Assembly (NCBI GenBank): GCA_036275915.1
Contig: DASUCV010000009.1
Coordinates: 223,198-287,197 of the forward strand
Length of the DNA: 64,000 nucleotides
Origin: Candidatus Polarisedimenticolaceae bacterium
GTDB lineage: Bacteria > Acidobacteriota > Polarisedimenticolia > Polarisedimenticolales > DASRJG01
Reading direction: 5' to 3'
Shown here: piece after piece, positions 25,065 to 35,039 of the stretch
How the letters are laid out: the number at the start of each line of letters is the position of its first letter
How positions within the stretch are numbered: the stretch's first letter is position 1
The notes under the pieces: model-generated
The model's database searches: none
Seen by the model: the letters and a program-made list of their open reading frames with translations, nothing else
What the model was told of the DNA's origin: nothing
Position numbers and translations under genes: made by a program

Positions 25065-26920
25065 GCCTGGCCCTTCTCGCCCTGGCCGCCTGGGCTCCCG
25101 CCGCAGGCGCTCCTCCGGTCGACCCCGAGCCCATCAAGGTCCCGAACCTCTCCGAGCAAGTCGAGGTCCGCCTCGTCACGATCGACGTCATCGCGCTGGA
25201 CGGCCAGGATCGGACGGTGCCCGGTCTCGGAAAGGACGCGTTCCAGCTCTACGTCGACGGGAAGGAGACCCCGATCGACACGCTCGACGTGGTCTGCGAC
25301 GACGCGCCCGCCCCCGAGCCGCGCACGAAGAAGTTCGGTGATTGGGCCAGCCCACCCGACCTTGCGTCCGGCACGCGGAGGATCGTGCTCGCGTTCGATT
25401 ATCTCCATCTCCCGACCGCGATCTGCCCCGACCTCGACCCGCCCGGACCTTGCATGCTCCACACGCAGGCTCTCGAGGCGTTCCGATCGGCGCTCGCCGC
25501 GAAGTCGGACATCCACGACGAAGAGATCATGGTGGTGGCGCTCACCGGAGGCCTGCGCGTCGAGCAGCCGTTCACGAAGGACCGCGCCGCGGTGCTCGAG
25601 ACGCTGCGGCGGATGGAGTACGACGTCACCCTGTGGAACGGCCATTTCGACCCACTGACCGAGTACGGGATGTTCCGCACACTTCGCGTGCTCACGACGC
25701 TGCTGCATGCGGTTCCCGGACCGAAGTCGGTCGTGCTCCTGACCGCCGGCGACGGACCGACCATCGACTACGACAACGATTTCATGAAGCTGTCCGCCTC
25801 CGCGAGCGACGCGCAGACGCGCTTCTATCCGGTGGACTGCCGCGGCCTGTCGTCGAGGCTGTTCGGACCTCCGGAGGGATGGTCGCGGCTCGCATCGGTC
25901 ACGGGTGGACGCGTGACGGCAGCGGTGAACGACTTCACGCTCGGCTACGCGCGGGCGCGTCGCGATCTCGGCTGCCGCTATACGATCGGGTTCTACGATC
26001 GCCACCCCGAAGAGAACAAGACCCACAGGCTGCGGGTGGACAGCGCCAAGTTCGGTCTGAAGATCTACAACGCGGCGTCCTACTCGTTCCCGTCCCAGAA
26101 GGTCCGGCGCGCGATGGCCGTCGAGGCCGCCTTCGTGGTTCCATCGATGTTTTCGGGCGGTGGGATGCGCGCCACGGTCTTCCCGCTGGCACCGCAGAGC
26201 AAGACGGCGTGGGACGCGCTCGTCGCGGTCGATTTTCCCGTGCCGCCCGAAGCACTCGCCGAGAATGCCGGCGCGCACGAGTTCGGGGTCGTTCTCGCGC
26301 GCGGTCGCGAGATCGCGAAGCAATTCTCGCGCACCGTGAAGCTGCGCCGAAAGGGCGAAGGGAACGGTCAGGCCGAGCACAGGCTCACGTTCCTCGAAGT
26401 CGCCTCGCTGTCACCCGGCACCTACGGGCTCACCGCGGTTCTCTCCGCGTCCGGCAACGCCGACCCGTTCACCGCTCACTCCGAGCTGACGGTTCCCGAG
26501 ATCCCCGCGCGCGGCCCGTTCATCGTCGGCCCGATCATCGGTCGTCCCGCCGGCTCCGATCTCGTGATTCTCGGAGGAGAGAACCTCCTCGGCGCGCCCT
26601 CGGACCTTGCGGGCGGACCCAAGAGCTTCCGTCCTCTGCTCGTCACCGAGTCCGACCGCAGCGAGCCGCTGTTCGCGCTCACGCGGGTCTGCGCGTGGAA
26701 GAAGGATGCGAAGAAGGGCCCCTGGCGCGTCACGCGCCGGATCGGCGGTGATGAGGATGTCACGCTCGACGACGAGTTCTCCGGGTCGCCGAAAGGCGTG
26801 GCCGCCTGCGCGCGCTACCTGGACATGATCCCGGTGGATCGCCTCGGCATCGGGTCCCACACCTTCACGGCGACGGTGGGGGCGAGCTCGGGTGTCGCGA
26901 GGTTCCTACTGACGCCTTAG
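25031..26920 (+). CDS. Exported VWA-domain protein of the Acidobacteria-type VWFA-related family
   Basis: After a signal-like N-terminus (GLALLALAAWAPAAGA) the protein has the family-typical start ...EQVEVRLVTIDVIALDGQDRTVPGLGKDAFQLYVDGKETPIDTL..., then a VWA-like core (IVLAFDYLH...SVVLLTAGDG...). The start is assigned to GTG 25031 (GGAGGG 8 nt upstream), overlapping the previous gene by 34 bp. The start is uncertain. Confidence 0.7.
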   Translation: MGDAGAADRAVGLALLALAAWAPAAGAPPVDPEPIKVPNLSEQVEVRLVTIDVIALDGQDRTVPGLGKDAFQLYVDGKETPIDTLDVVCDDAPAPEPRTKKFGDWASPPDLASGTRRIVLAFDYLHLPTAICPDLDPPGPCMLHTQALEAFRSALAAKSDIHDEEIMVVALTGGLRVEQPFTKDRAAVLETLRRMEYDVTLWNGHFDPLTEYGMFRTLRVLTTLLHAVPGPKSVVLLTAGDGPTIDYDNDFMKLSASASDAQTRFYPVDCRGLSSRLFGPPEGWSRLASVTGGRVTAAVNDFTLGYARARRDLGCRYTIGFYDRHPEENKTHRLRVDSAKFGLKIYNAASYSFPSQKVRRAMAVEAAFVVPSMFSGGGMRATVFPLAPQSKTAWDALVAVDFPVPPEALAENAGAHEFGVVLARGREIAKQFSRTVKLRRKGEGNGQAEHRLTFLEVASLSPGTYGLTAVLSASGNADPFTAHSELTVPEIPARGPFIVGPIIGRPAGSDLVILGGENLLGAPSDLAGGPKSFRPLLVTESDRSEPLFALTRVCAWKKDAKKGPWRVTRRIGGDEDVTLDDEFSGSPKGVAACARYLDMIPVDRLGIGSHTFTATVGASSGVARFLLTP

Positions 26921-28473
26921 TGGGCCATCCCGCCGCCCTCGCGCTGGTGCGTCGGCTTCCGCATGAGCGGGATCAGTACGACCATCGCGATGAAGAGGCC
27001 GGAAAGGAACAGGAAGGCGTCGCGGTACGAGAGGAACGCGGCCTGGCGCTGGACGTCGCCCCAGACGGCCGCGAGCGCGCCGTTCGCGGCGGTCCACGCA
27101 TCGGCGCCCCGCGCCATGAGCGCGGACTTCGCCGCCGCCAGACGTTGCGCGGTCGCCGGGTCGAACGCATCGACATGGCCGCCGAGCTGCGCGACGTGCG
27201 TCTGCGTGTTGCGCGCGAGGATCGTCGTGACGATCGCGATGCCGAACGAGCCCCCGATGTTCCGCATGAGGTTGAAGAGGCTCGTGGCGTTCCCGATCTG
27301 CTCCTTGGGAATCGGATCGTTCGTCACCGTCGTGAGCGGGATGAAGATCATCGCCATCGCGGCGCCCTGCAGGACGAGCGGAAGGATGAAATCGCGCGGG
27401 CCGGCATCGAGCGAGAGGCGTGAGACGAGAAAGAGGGACGTCGACACGACGACGAGGCCGACGGCGAGGATCTTCCGGGGCTCGACGTGCGCCATGAGGA
27501 AACCGATCGCCGGCATCATGATGAAGGACGCGATGCCGCGCGGCACGTTGGTCAGGCCGGCCTGGAACGCGGTATAGCCGAGCAGCGTCTGCATGACGAG
27601 CGGCAGGAGCACGGTGCTGCCGAAGAGGACGAAGCCGAGCACGGTCATCAGGAACGTTCCCGTGGCCCAGGTCCGGTTCTTGAAGACGCGGAGGTCGACG
27701 ATCGGATGCTCCGCCGTCAGCTCGCGCCAGATCATCGCGACGATGCCGCCCACCGCGAGCACGAAGAGCGTCACGATGAGACGCGACGAGAACCAGTCGT
27801 CCTGCTGCCCCTTGTCGAGCATGATCTGGAGGGCGCCGATGCCGAGGACCAGGAAGCCCATCCCCCACAGGTCGATGCCCCCCTCCCGCCGCTTGATGTA
27901 GGGCGGGTCGAAGATGAAGATCTCCGTCATCGTGATCGCGAAGAGGCCGATCGGCACGTTGACGTAGAAGACCCAGCGCCAGCTCGCGTTGTCGGTGAGC
28001 CACCCGCCGACCATCGGTCCGAGCATCGGCGCGACGACGATCCCGAGGCCCCAGAACGCCATCGCCATCCCGCGTTTCTGCGGTGGAAACGATTCGAGAA
28101 GAATCGCCTGGGAGAGCGGCTGCAGCCCTCCGCCCGTCAGCCCCTGGATGACCCGGAAGACGATGAGAAAACCGAGGCTCGGCGCGAGGCCACAGAGGAA
28201 CGATGACGCCGTGAACCCGATCACGGAGGTCATGAGGAGCCGCTTGCGGCCGAAGTGGTTCGCGAGCCAGCCGGTCATCGGAAGGATGACGGCGTTCGCG
28301 ACGAGATAGGACGTCAGCACCCACGTCGCCTCCTCGTTCGAGGCGGAGAGGTTCCCGGCGATGTGCGGCAGCGACACGTTGACGATCGTCGTGTCGAGGA
28401 CCTCCATGAAGGTCCCCGCCATCACCGCGATGGCGACGAGCCACGGGTTGATCGCGGGCGTGGTGCGTTCCAC
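26917..28473 (-). CDS. MFS transporter, DHA2 (EmrB/QacA, 14-TM) drug-efflux family
   Basis: ...LDTTIVNVSLPHIAGNL..., ...GWLANHFGRKRLL..., ...VIQGLTGGGLQPLSQAIL...; 518 aa. It lies downstream of HlyD-type and TolC-type genes. Confidence 0.9.
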   Translation of the reverse strand: MERTTPAINPWLVAIAVMAGTFMEVLDTTIVNVSLPHIAGNLSASNEEATWVLTSYLVANAVILPMTGWLANHFGRKRLLMTSVIGFTASSFLCGLAPSLGFLIVFRVIQGLTGGGLQPLSQAILLESFPPQKRGMAMAFWGLGIVVAPMLGPMVGGWLTDNASWRWVFYVNVPIGLFAITMTEIFIFDPPYIKRREGGIDLWGMGFLVLGIGALQIMLDKGQQDDWFSSRLIVTLFVLAVGGIVAMIWRELTAEHPIVDLRVFKNRTWATGTFLMTVLGFVLFGSTVLLPLVMQTLLGYTAFQAGLTNVPRGIASFIMMPAIGFLMAHVEPRKILAVGLVVVSTSLFLVSRLSLDAGPRDFILPLVLQGAAMAMIFIPLTTVTNDPIPKEQIGNATSLFNLMRNIGGSFGIAIVTTILARNTQTHVAQLGGHVDAFDPATAQRLAAAKSALMARGADAWTAANGALAAVWGDVQRQAAFLSYRDAFLFLSGLFIAMVVLIPLMRKPTHQREGGGMAH

Positions 28474-28481
28474 GACGATCC

Positions 28482-29633
28482 CTACTTCACGAACACCGTC
28501 GGCACGACCGACATCCCGGGCCGGAGGCGGTGGTCCGGGTCCTGCCCGTCGTCGAGGACGATCTTGACGGGAAGCCGCTGCACGACCTTGACGAAGTTGC
28601 CGCTCGCGTTCTCGGGGGGGAGCATGCTGAACTTCCCGGCGGTCGCGCCGCCGATCGCGTCGACGTGCCCCGTGAACCGGCGCTTGTACGCGTCGACGTA
28701 CACCGACGCCTTCTGGCCGGGATGCATCGACCGGAGCTGGCCCTCCTTGAAGTTCGCCACGACCCAGACTTGATTGAGCGAGACGAGCGCCATCATCGGC
28801 TGACCCGGCTGAACGACCTGGCCCGGCTGGACGGTCTTCCGGCTGACGACGCCGGCGAGAGGCGCCGTGATCGTCGTGTAGCCCAGATTGAGCTTCGCCT
28901 GCTCGACGGCGGCGTCGTTCTTCCTCGCCACCGCCTCGGCCGATTGGAGCTTCGCGGCCGCCGCCTCCTTCTGATGCGGCGCCGACTCGGCCGCGGCGAG
29001 CTGGGCCTCCGCTTGCCGGACTTTCTCCTGTGCCGAGGAGACGCCCGCCTCCGCGGTCTGGATCGTCGCGGCCGCGCTCGTGTCCGCGGCGACCGCGGCG
29101 TCGTACTGCTGGCGCGAGACTTCGTCCTTGGCGACGAGCTGCCGGTACCGCTCGAGATCGGCGGCGGTCTTCGCGCGCGTCGCCTTCGCGTCCGCGAGTC
29201 GCGCGCCCGCGGCCTCCGCGTCACGCCGCGCGGCGCCGACCCCCGCCTCTGCGACCGCGAGCTGGCTCCCCGCGGTCGCCGAGGTGATCGGCACGTTCGC
29301 CTGGGCCGCCGCGGCCGCGCCCGACGCATCGGCGGCCTCGGCTTCCGCGCGGCGCAGCGCGACTTCGTAGTCCATGCGGTCGATCTTCACGAGGACCGCA
29401 TCGGCCGCGACGACCTGCTGATCCTGGACGGCGACCTCCTGCACGGTGCCCCCGACCCGCGGGGCGATCGTCACGATGTTCCCCTCGATCCACGCGTCGT
29501 CGGTGGACTCGCGCGTCCTCGCGTGGAGCCACCACGCCACGCCGACGATCGCGGCCACGAGCGCGCCGCCGCCGATGACGGCGATCGCGGCGCGCCGCCG
29601 TTTCGGCGTGAGCGCCGAAGGTTGCTCACTCAT
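28482..29633 (-). CDS. HlyD/EmrA-family membrane fusion (periplasmic adaptor) protein, 383 aa
   Basis: ATG at 29633-29631 gives MSEQPSALTPKRRRAAIAVIGGGALVAAIVGVAWW (TM anchor). This is followed by ...IEGNIVTIAPRVGGTVQEV..., an Ala-rich coiled coil, and ...LGYTTITAPLAGVVS...VWVVANFKE.... The first 100 codons of the track ORF are Arg/Ser junk. Confidence 0.85.
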   Translation of the reverse strand: MSEQPSALTPKRRRAAIAVIGGGALVAAIVGVAWWLHARTRESTDDAWIEGNIVTIAPRVGGTVQEVAVQDQQVVAADAVLVKIDRMDYEVALRRAEAEAADASGAAAAAQANVPITSATAGSQLAVAEAGVGAARRDAEAAGARLADAKATRAKTAADLERYRQLVAKDEVSRQQYDAAVAADTSAAATIQTAEAGVSSAQEKVRQAEAQLAAAESAPHQKEAAAAKLQSAEAVARKNDAAVEQAKLNLGYTTITAPLAGVVSRKTVQPGQVVQPGQPMMALVSLNQVWVVANFKEGQLRSMHPGQKASVYVDAYKRRFTGHVDAIGGATAGKFSMLPPENASGNFVKVVQRLPVKIVLDDGQDPDHRLRPGMSVVPTVFVK

Positions 29634-30966
29634 GCGGGGGCCCTCCCTCGTCCAAGAGGAACGTCGGGATCTCGTGCTCGGCGGTGCCGCGCGCCTTGGC
29701 GATCGCCATCCGCGACACGTTGTGCGCCTGGAGCGCCGCGATGTAATCGTCGGACGCCCGCGCGAGCGCGTCTTGCGCTTGAACCACCTCGAGGTTGCCG
29801 GCCACTCCCGCCTCGAACCGGTCCTGCGATTGCGCGACCTGCTCGCGCGCGAGGTCCAGCGCGTCCTTGGCGACGCGCACGCGCTCGTCGCTCGCGGCCA
29901 GGTCGAGGAGCGACGATCGCACGTCGAGCGCAACCCCCGCTTCCATGTCGGACAGGACGGCTTTGAGGCGTGACACCTCCGCGTCGTCTTGCATCACCTG
30001 GGCGCTGATCTGCCCCCCCTCGAAGAGAGGAAGGCGGAGCGCCAGCCCGAGCGTGTAGGTCCGCTCGAGGCTCGGCGCATCGTTGCCGATCACGCCGAAA
30101 TCGGCGTTGAGCTTGAGCGTGGGCACGCGCTGGCGGCGATCCGCGTCTCGCGCCGCCTCCGCTTGCTCGAGCCGGCTCTTCGTCTGCTTGAGGTCCTCGC
30201 GCGCGTCTTCCGCGTCCTTCAGCGTCGTCTCCAGCGAGACTTCGCCGGCGGGCTTGTAGACGAGCCCGTCCGAGAGCGTGAACATCGTGTCCAGCGGCAG
30301 CCCGATCGCGCGGGCGAGCGTGAGCTTGTCCTTCGCCGCCTGGTTCTCCGCCACGATCAACCGCTGGCGCTGCGCCTCGAGCTGGACCTTCGCGCGGAGG
30401 ACTTCGATCCCCGCGACGACCCCGGCATCGTTCAGGCGTTGCGCGTGCTCGAGGAGCGCTTTTGCCGCCGCCACCTGCTCTTGCGCCGCTTCGATCCGCC
30501 GCTCGTCGGACGCGGCCTGCAGGTACAGGTCGGTCGCGGCGACGACGACGGTCTCGCGCATCGCCGCGGCGCCGGACCGCGCCGCCTCCTCGCCGAAGCG
30601 GGCCGCTCGCTTCTGCCCGAGAGCCTGGAGATCGAGGACCGACTGCGACAGGTAGAGCCGTGCGTCGACGACGTTGAACGGCCCGACGAGAGGCGAGCCG
30701 CCCGCGGGCGCCGGGAATCCGTACGCCGCGAGGTCGATGATCTGACGCGATCCCGAGAGTCCCGCGCTGAGCGACGGCAGAAGGCGCGCGCGCGCCAAGT
30801 TGTCGGCACCCTCTGCGGTCTTGACCGCCTCACGGCTCGTGATCGCGGAGAGGTTGAAGTCGAGCGCGCGTGACACGGCGTCCGCGAGCGACAGCTGCAA
30901 CGGCTCCGTCGCGTGGACGCCGGAGACGACGATCGCGGCGAGCATGATGTGGGAGAAGGTGCGCAT
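29626..30966 (-). CDS. TolC-family outer membrane efflux protein
   Basis: Signal peptide MRTFSHIMLAAIVVSGVHA. Two TolC-like repeats are present (...LSLADAVSRALDFNL..., ...LLPSLSAGLSGS..., ...YLQAASDERRIEAAQEQV...). An 8-bp overlap joins it to the adaptor gene. Confidence 0.8.
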   Translation of the reverse strand: MRTFSHIMLAAIVVSGVHATEPLQLSLADAVSRALDFNLSAITSREAVKTAEGADNLARARLLPSLSAGLSGSRQIIDLAAYGFPAPAGGSPLVGPFNVVDARLYLSQSVLDLQALGQKRAARFGEEAARSGAAAMRETVVVAATDLYLQAASDERRIEAAQEQVAAAKALLEHAQRLNDAGVVAGIEVLRAKVQLEAQRQRLIVAENQAAKDKLTLARAIGLPLDTMFTLSDGLVYKPAGEVSLETTLKDAEDAREDLKQTKSRLEQAEAARDADRRQRVPTLKLNADFGVIGNDAPSLERTYTLGLALRLPLFEGGQISAQVMQDDAEVSRLKAVLSDMEAGVALDVRSSLLDLAASDERVRVAKDALDLAREQVAQSQDRFEAGVAGNLEVVQAQDALARASDDYIAALQAHNVSRMAIAKARGTAEHEIPTFLLDEGGPPHE

Positions 30967-31009
30967 CTGCGACTGCGAACCACTCTAGCACCGCGGATCG
31001 ACGTCGCGT

Positions 31010-31462
31010 TCAGTCTCGGTTCAGGACGGCTTGGATCGCCTCGCCGAGGCTCGCGAGGAAGCGCGCGCGGTCGGCGCGGGAGAACGGCGCGGGTCCTCCG
31101 GTCGCGGCGCCCATCTGACGGAGCTGCTCCATGAGCTCGCGGCTGGCGAGCGCGCCGCCGATCGAGTCTTCGGTGAACAGGCGTCCGTCCGGCGCGATGA
31201 CTCGCGCGCCCTTGCTCAGGGAGCGAGCGGCCAGCGGAACGTCCGCCGTGATCACGATGTCCCCCAACTTTGCGTGCTCCGCGATCCAGTCGTCGGCGGC
31301 GTCGAGCGCCGACTTCACCCGCACGTGACGGATCCCCTGACGTGCGGGGACACGCAGCGGGCCGCCGGACACGACGACGACCTCGACCCCCCGGCGGAGC
31401 GCGATGCGGTAGACGTCGTCCTTGACCGGGCAGGCGTCGGCGTCGACGAGGATCGACGGCAC
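31010..31462 (-). CDS. YaiI/YqxD family protein (UPF0178, DUF188), 150 aa
   Basis: ILVDADACPVKDDVYRIA...VVVVS...DAADDWIAEHAKLGDIVITADVPLAARSL matches the DUF188 pattern. Its GTG start (31462-31460) directly abuts the helicase stop codon (31465-31463). Confidence 0.8.
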   Translation of the reverse strand: MPSILVDADACPVKDDVYRIALRRGVEVVVVSGGPLRVPARQGIRHVRVKSALDAADDWIAEHAKLGDIVITADVPLAARSLSKGARVIAPDGRLFTEDSIGGALASRELMEQLRQMGAATGGPAPFSRADRARFLASLGEAIQAVLNRD

Positions 31463-32818
<1,356 letters not shown>

Positions 32819-32868
32819 CGGCTGAGTCCTTTCGACGGGAGGGGGAAAGCCCGGATGCTAGCGCGTGC

Positions 32869-34518
32869 TCAGCGCGAAGAGCAAAGGGAGGCGACCGCCG
32901 CGGCGGGCTCGTTCGGGATCCGGAGGGCGGTGAGCCGAGGCGCGGCACGGACGTTCGCCAAGAACCGCGCGGGGGTCAGCGGTGCTCCGACCGCATTCTC
33001 GAGCTCGCGGAGCGGCGGGCACGCGAGCGCCCGGCGCGCGAGCCGGAGCTGACCCATCACCGCCTCGTCGGGGTAGCTCTCCTCGGGCGGAGCGTAGCGC
33101 GCGTAGGTCCAAATCTCGCCGATGCGCTTCTCGTGCCCCGGGCGGCCGCGCGCCGTCAGCGCGATGCGGCCGGCCATCGGGTCCGCGAGGCCGAGCATGT
33201 CGACGATGTGGACTTCCGGCCCCGAGAGATAGCCGATCACCCCGATGACGGGAACCGCTGCATAAACCGTGGCGCCGGCATCGGCGCGGAGCGGCGCCGT
33301 CTCGTCGGGCCGATCGAACGGATTCAAGAGGAGGACGCGGCGGCCCTCCTTCGCCAGGCCGGCGAAGCGGGCCCCGTGGCGGCCCAGGACGCATCCGAGA
33401 TAGTCGTCGGCTTCGACGGGGTTCGCTCGATGGGTGGTGTTGACGTAGTAACCGCGCTCGTCGGCGATCCCTTCGCCGCCGATCTTGCCGGGATAGGACA
33501 CGCGCAGCGCCGCCGCGCAGACGACCGCCCACAGGACCACCGCGGCGGCCGCGATCACGCGCTTGCCGGAAACCCTGACCGCGGCCGCCGGGAGCAGCGC
33601 GCAGAAGAGCGGGATGAGCAGCATCCGTGCGTGCATGAAATCGCCGCCGACGCGCACGACGAAGAGCGCATGGAGCGAAGCCGCGACGAGCGCAGCGGAG
33701 GTCCACGACCTCGACGCCTTGGCGGGAAGCGCGAGAACGGCGAGCAGGAACAGGGGCAGCGGGAGCAGGTAGGGAACGATGAAATCGGACAGGTAACGCC
33801 AGCCTTGCGGCCAGTTCGCGAGCGCCGCCTCTTTCGCGAGCGCCGTGTTCGGCACGAGCGACGCGTAGTAGCCCATGCGGACGATCGTGAGCGCGACCGG
33901 AAGCGCCGCCGCCAGCGCGCAGGCCGCCAACGCTCGCCAGGGCGCGCGGCGCGCCCCGGGCGCCACGAGGACGAGGAGGAACACGGCGCTCTCGATCGCG
34001 CAGTCGGGCCGCACCAGCGGTCCCAACCCGAGCAGGAGCGGAAGCCACACCGGCCGCACCGGGTTGTCGTTCCCGCGGCGAGCGAGCGCGAGCCAGACAC
34101 CGCCGAGCCACGCGACGGCGAGGCCGTTCTCGAGCCCCGAGGTCGCGAAGTCCCACGCGGGAGGAAGCGAGGCGTAGACGAGCGCGCCGAGCGGAATCAG
34201 CGACCCTTCGCCGCGCGTCGTGAGAGCGGTGCCGTAGGTCGCAGCGATGAGACCGGCGAGGGTCAGCAGCAGCGCAAGCGCGCAGGCTTCATCCTCGAGA
34301 CGGAACGGCGTGAGCTTGTCCGCGACGGCCAGCAGCCCCACCCAGAGCGGACTGGTGGCCGCCTCCACGCGCTCGCCGGCGTTGAACACCGGCCCGTTCC
34401 CCGCCTCGATCTGATGGACGACCCGCAGGTCGATGAATCCGTCGTCGCTCGTCCAGCGACGCCGCCACGCCATCACCGCGAGCAGCAGGATCGGGATGAC
34501 GAGGAGACGTCGTCGCAC
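32869..34518 (-). CDS. Polytopic membrane protein, candidate GT-C-fold glycosyltransferase, 549 aa
   Basis: About 12 or more hydrophobic segments. An acidic motif sits in the first predicted external loop (WTSDDGFIDLRVV...GERVEAATSPLW), as in GT-C enzymes. The C-terminal part of about 150 aa is soluble. The functional call is an inference from architecture only. Confidence 0.5.
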   Translation of the reverse strand: MRRRLLVIPILLLAVMAWRRRWTSDDGFIDLRVVHQIEAGNGPVFNAGERVEAATSPLWVGLLAVADKLTPFRLEDEACALALLLTLAGLIAATYGTALTTRGEGSLIPLGALVYASLPPAWDFATSGLENGLAVAWLGGVWLALARRGNDNPVRPVWLPLLLGLGPLVRPDCAIESAVFLLVLVAPGARRAPWRALAACALAAALPVALTIVRMGYYASLVPNTALAKEAALANWPQGWRYLSDFIVPYLLPLPLFLLAVLALPAKASRSWTSAALVAASLHALFVVRVGGDFMHARMLLIPLFCALLPAAAVRVSGKRVIAAAAVVLWAVVCAAALRVSYPGKIGGEGIADERGYYVNTTHRANPVEADDYLGCVLGRHGARFAGLAKEGRRVLLLNPFDRPDETAPLRADAGATVYAAVPVIGVIGYLSGPEVHIVDMLGLADPMAGRIALTARGRPGHEKRIGEIWTYARYAPPEESYPDEAVMGQLRLARRALACPPLRELENAVGAPLTPARFLANVRAAPRLTALRIPNEPAAAVASLCSSR

Positions 34519-34536
34519 GCGGCCGCGAAGATACTC

Positions 34537-34956
34537 CTATTCCACGACGCGGACGGCGGCGACCCGGCGCCGGATCCTCTGGGAATCGAGATCGACGAGC
34601 CTCCCGTCGACCATGTTCTTGACCCCGCGGCCGCTCGACTCCAGGCCCCAAACCTCCGCGAGATAGGTCGTGTCCCCGATCTCGACGAACACGAGCCCGG
34701 AGACTTCGGGGTCTTCCCTTTCGGGAATCTGAGTCGTGTCGCACAGGAGCTTCTCGCTCCCGTTCTTGGCCCTGACCGTGAGAGCGTTCGGGCTGATCGA
34801 GCCGGCGACGTCGATCAGGTAGTCTCCCGGCGGGAGGACCTTGTTCCCGACGTGGAAGGCGAACGGCACGTTCGCTTCGACCGGCCCCGACCAGCGGGCG
34901 AAGAGCGAAGACGTGAGGGCGAGAGCGATCGCGATCGGAACGGTTCGAATCTTCAT
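34537..34956 (-). CDS. Small secreted hypothetical protein, 139 aa
   Basis: ATG at 34956-34954 is preceded by GGAGGT. Signal peptide MKIRTVPIAIALALTSSLFA. The mature part is beta-rich (NVPFAFHVGNKVLPPGDYLIDV...). I recognise no family. Confidence 0.6.
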   Translation of the reverse strand: MKIRTVPIAIALALTSSLFARWSGPVEANVPFAFHVGNKVLPPGDYLIDVAGSISPNALTVRAKNGSEKLLCDTTQIPEREDPEVSGLVFVEIGDTTYLAEVWGLESSGRGVKNMVDGRLVDLDSQRIRRRVAAVRVVE

Positions 34957-35039
34957 GGTCACCTCCGTGACCCCGCTCACGGTGATGGTCCCACGGATGG
35001 CGGCGACGCGCCGCGCGCGATGCCCGCAATCGGCCCGAT

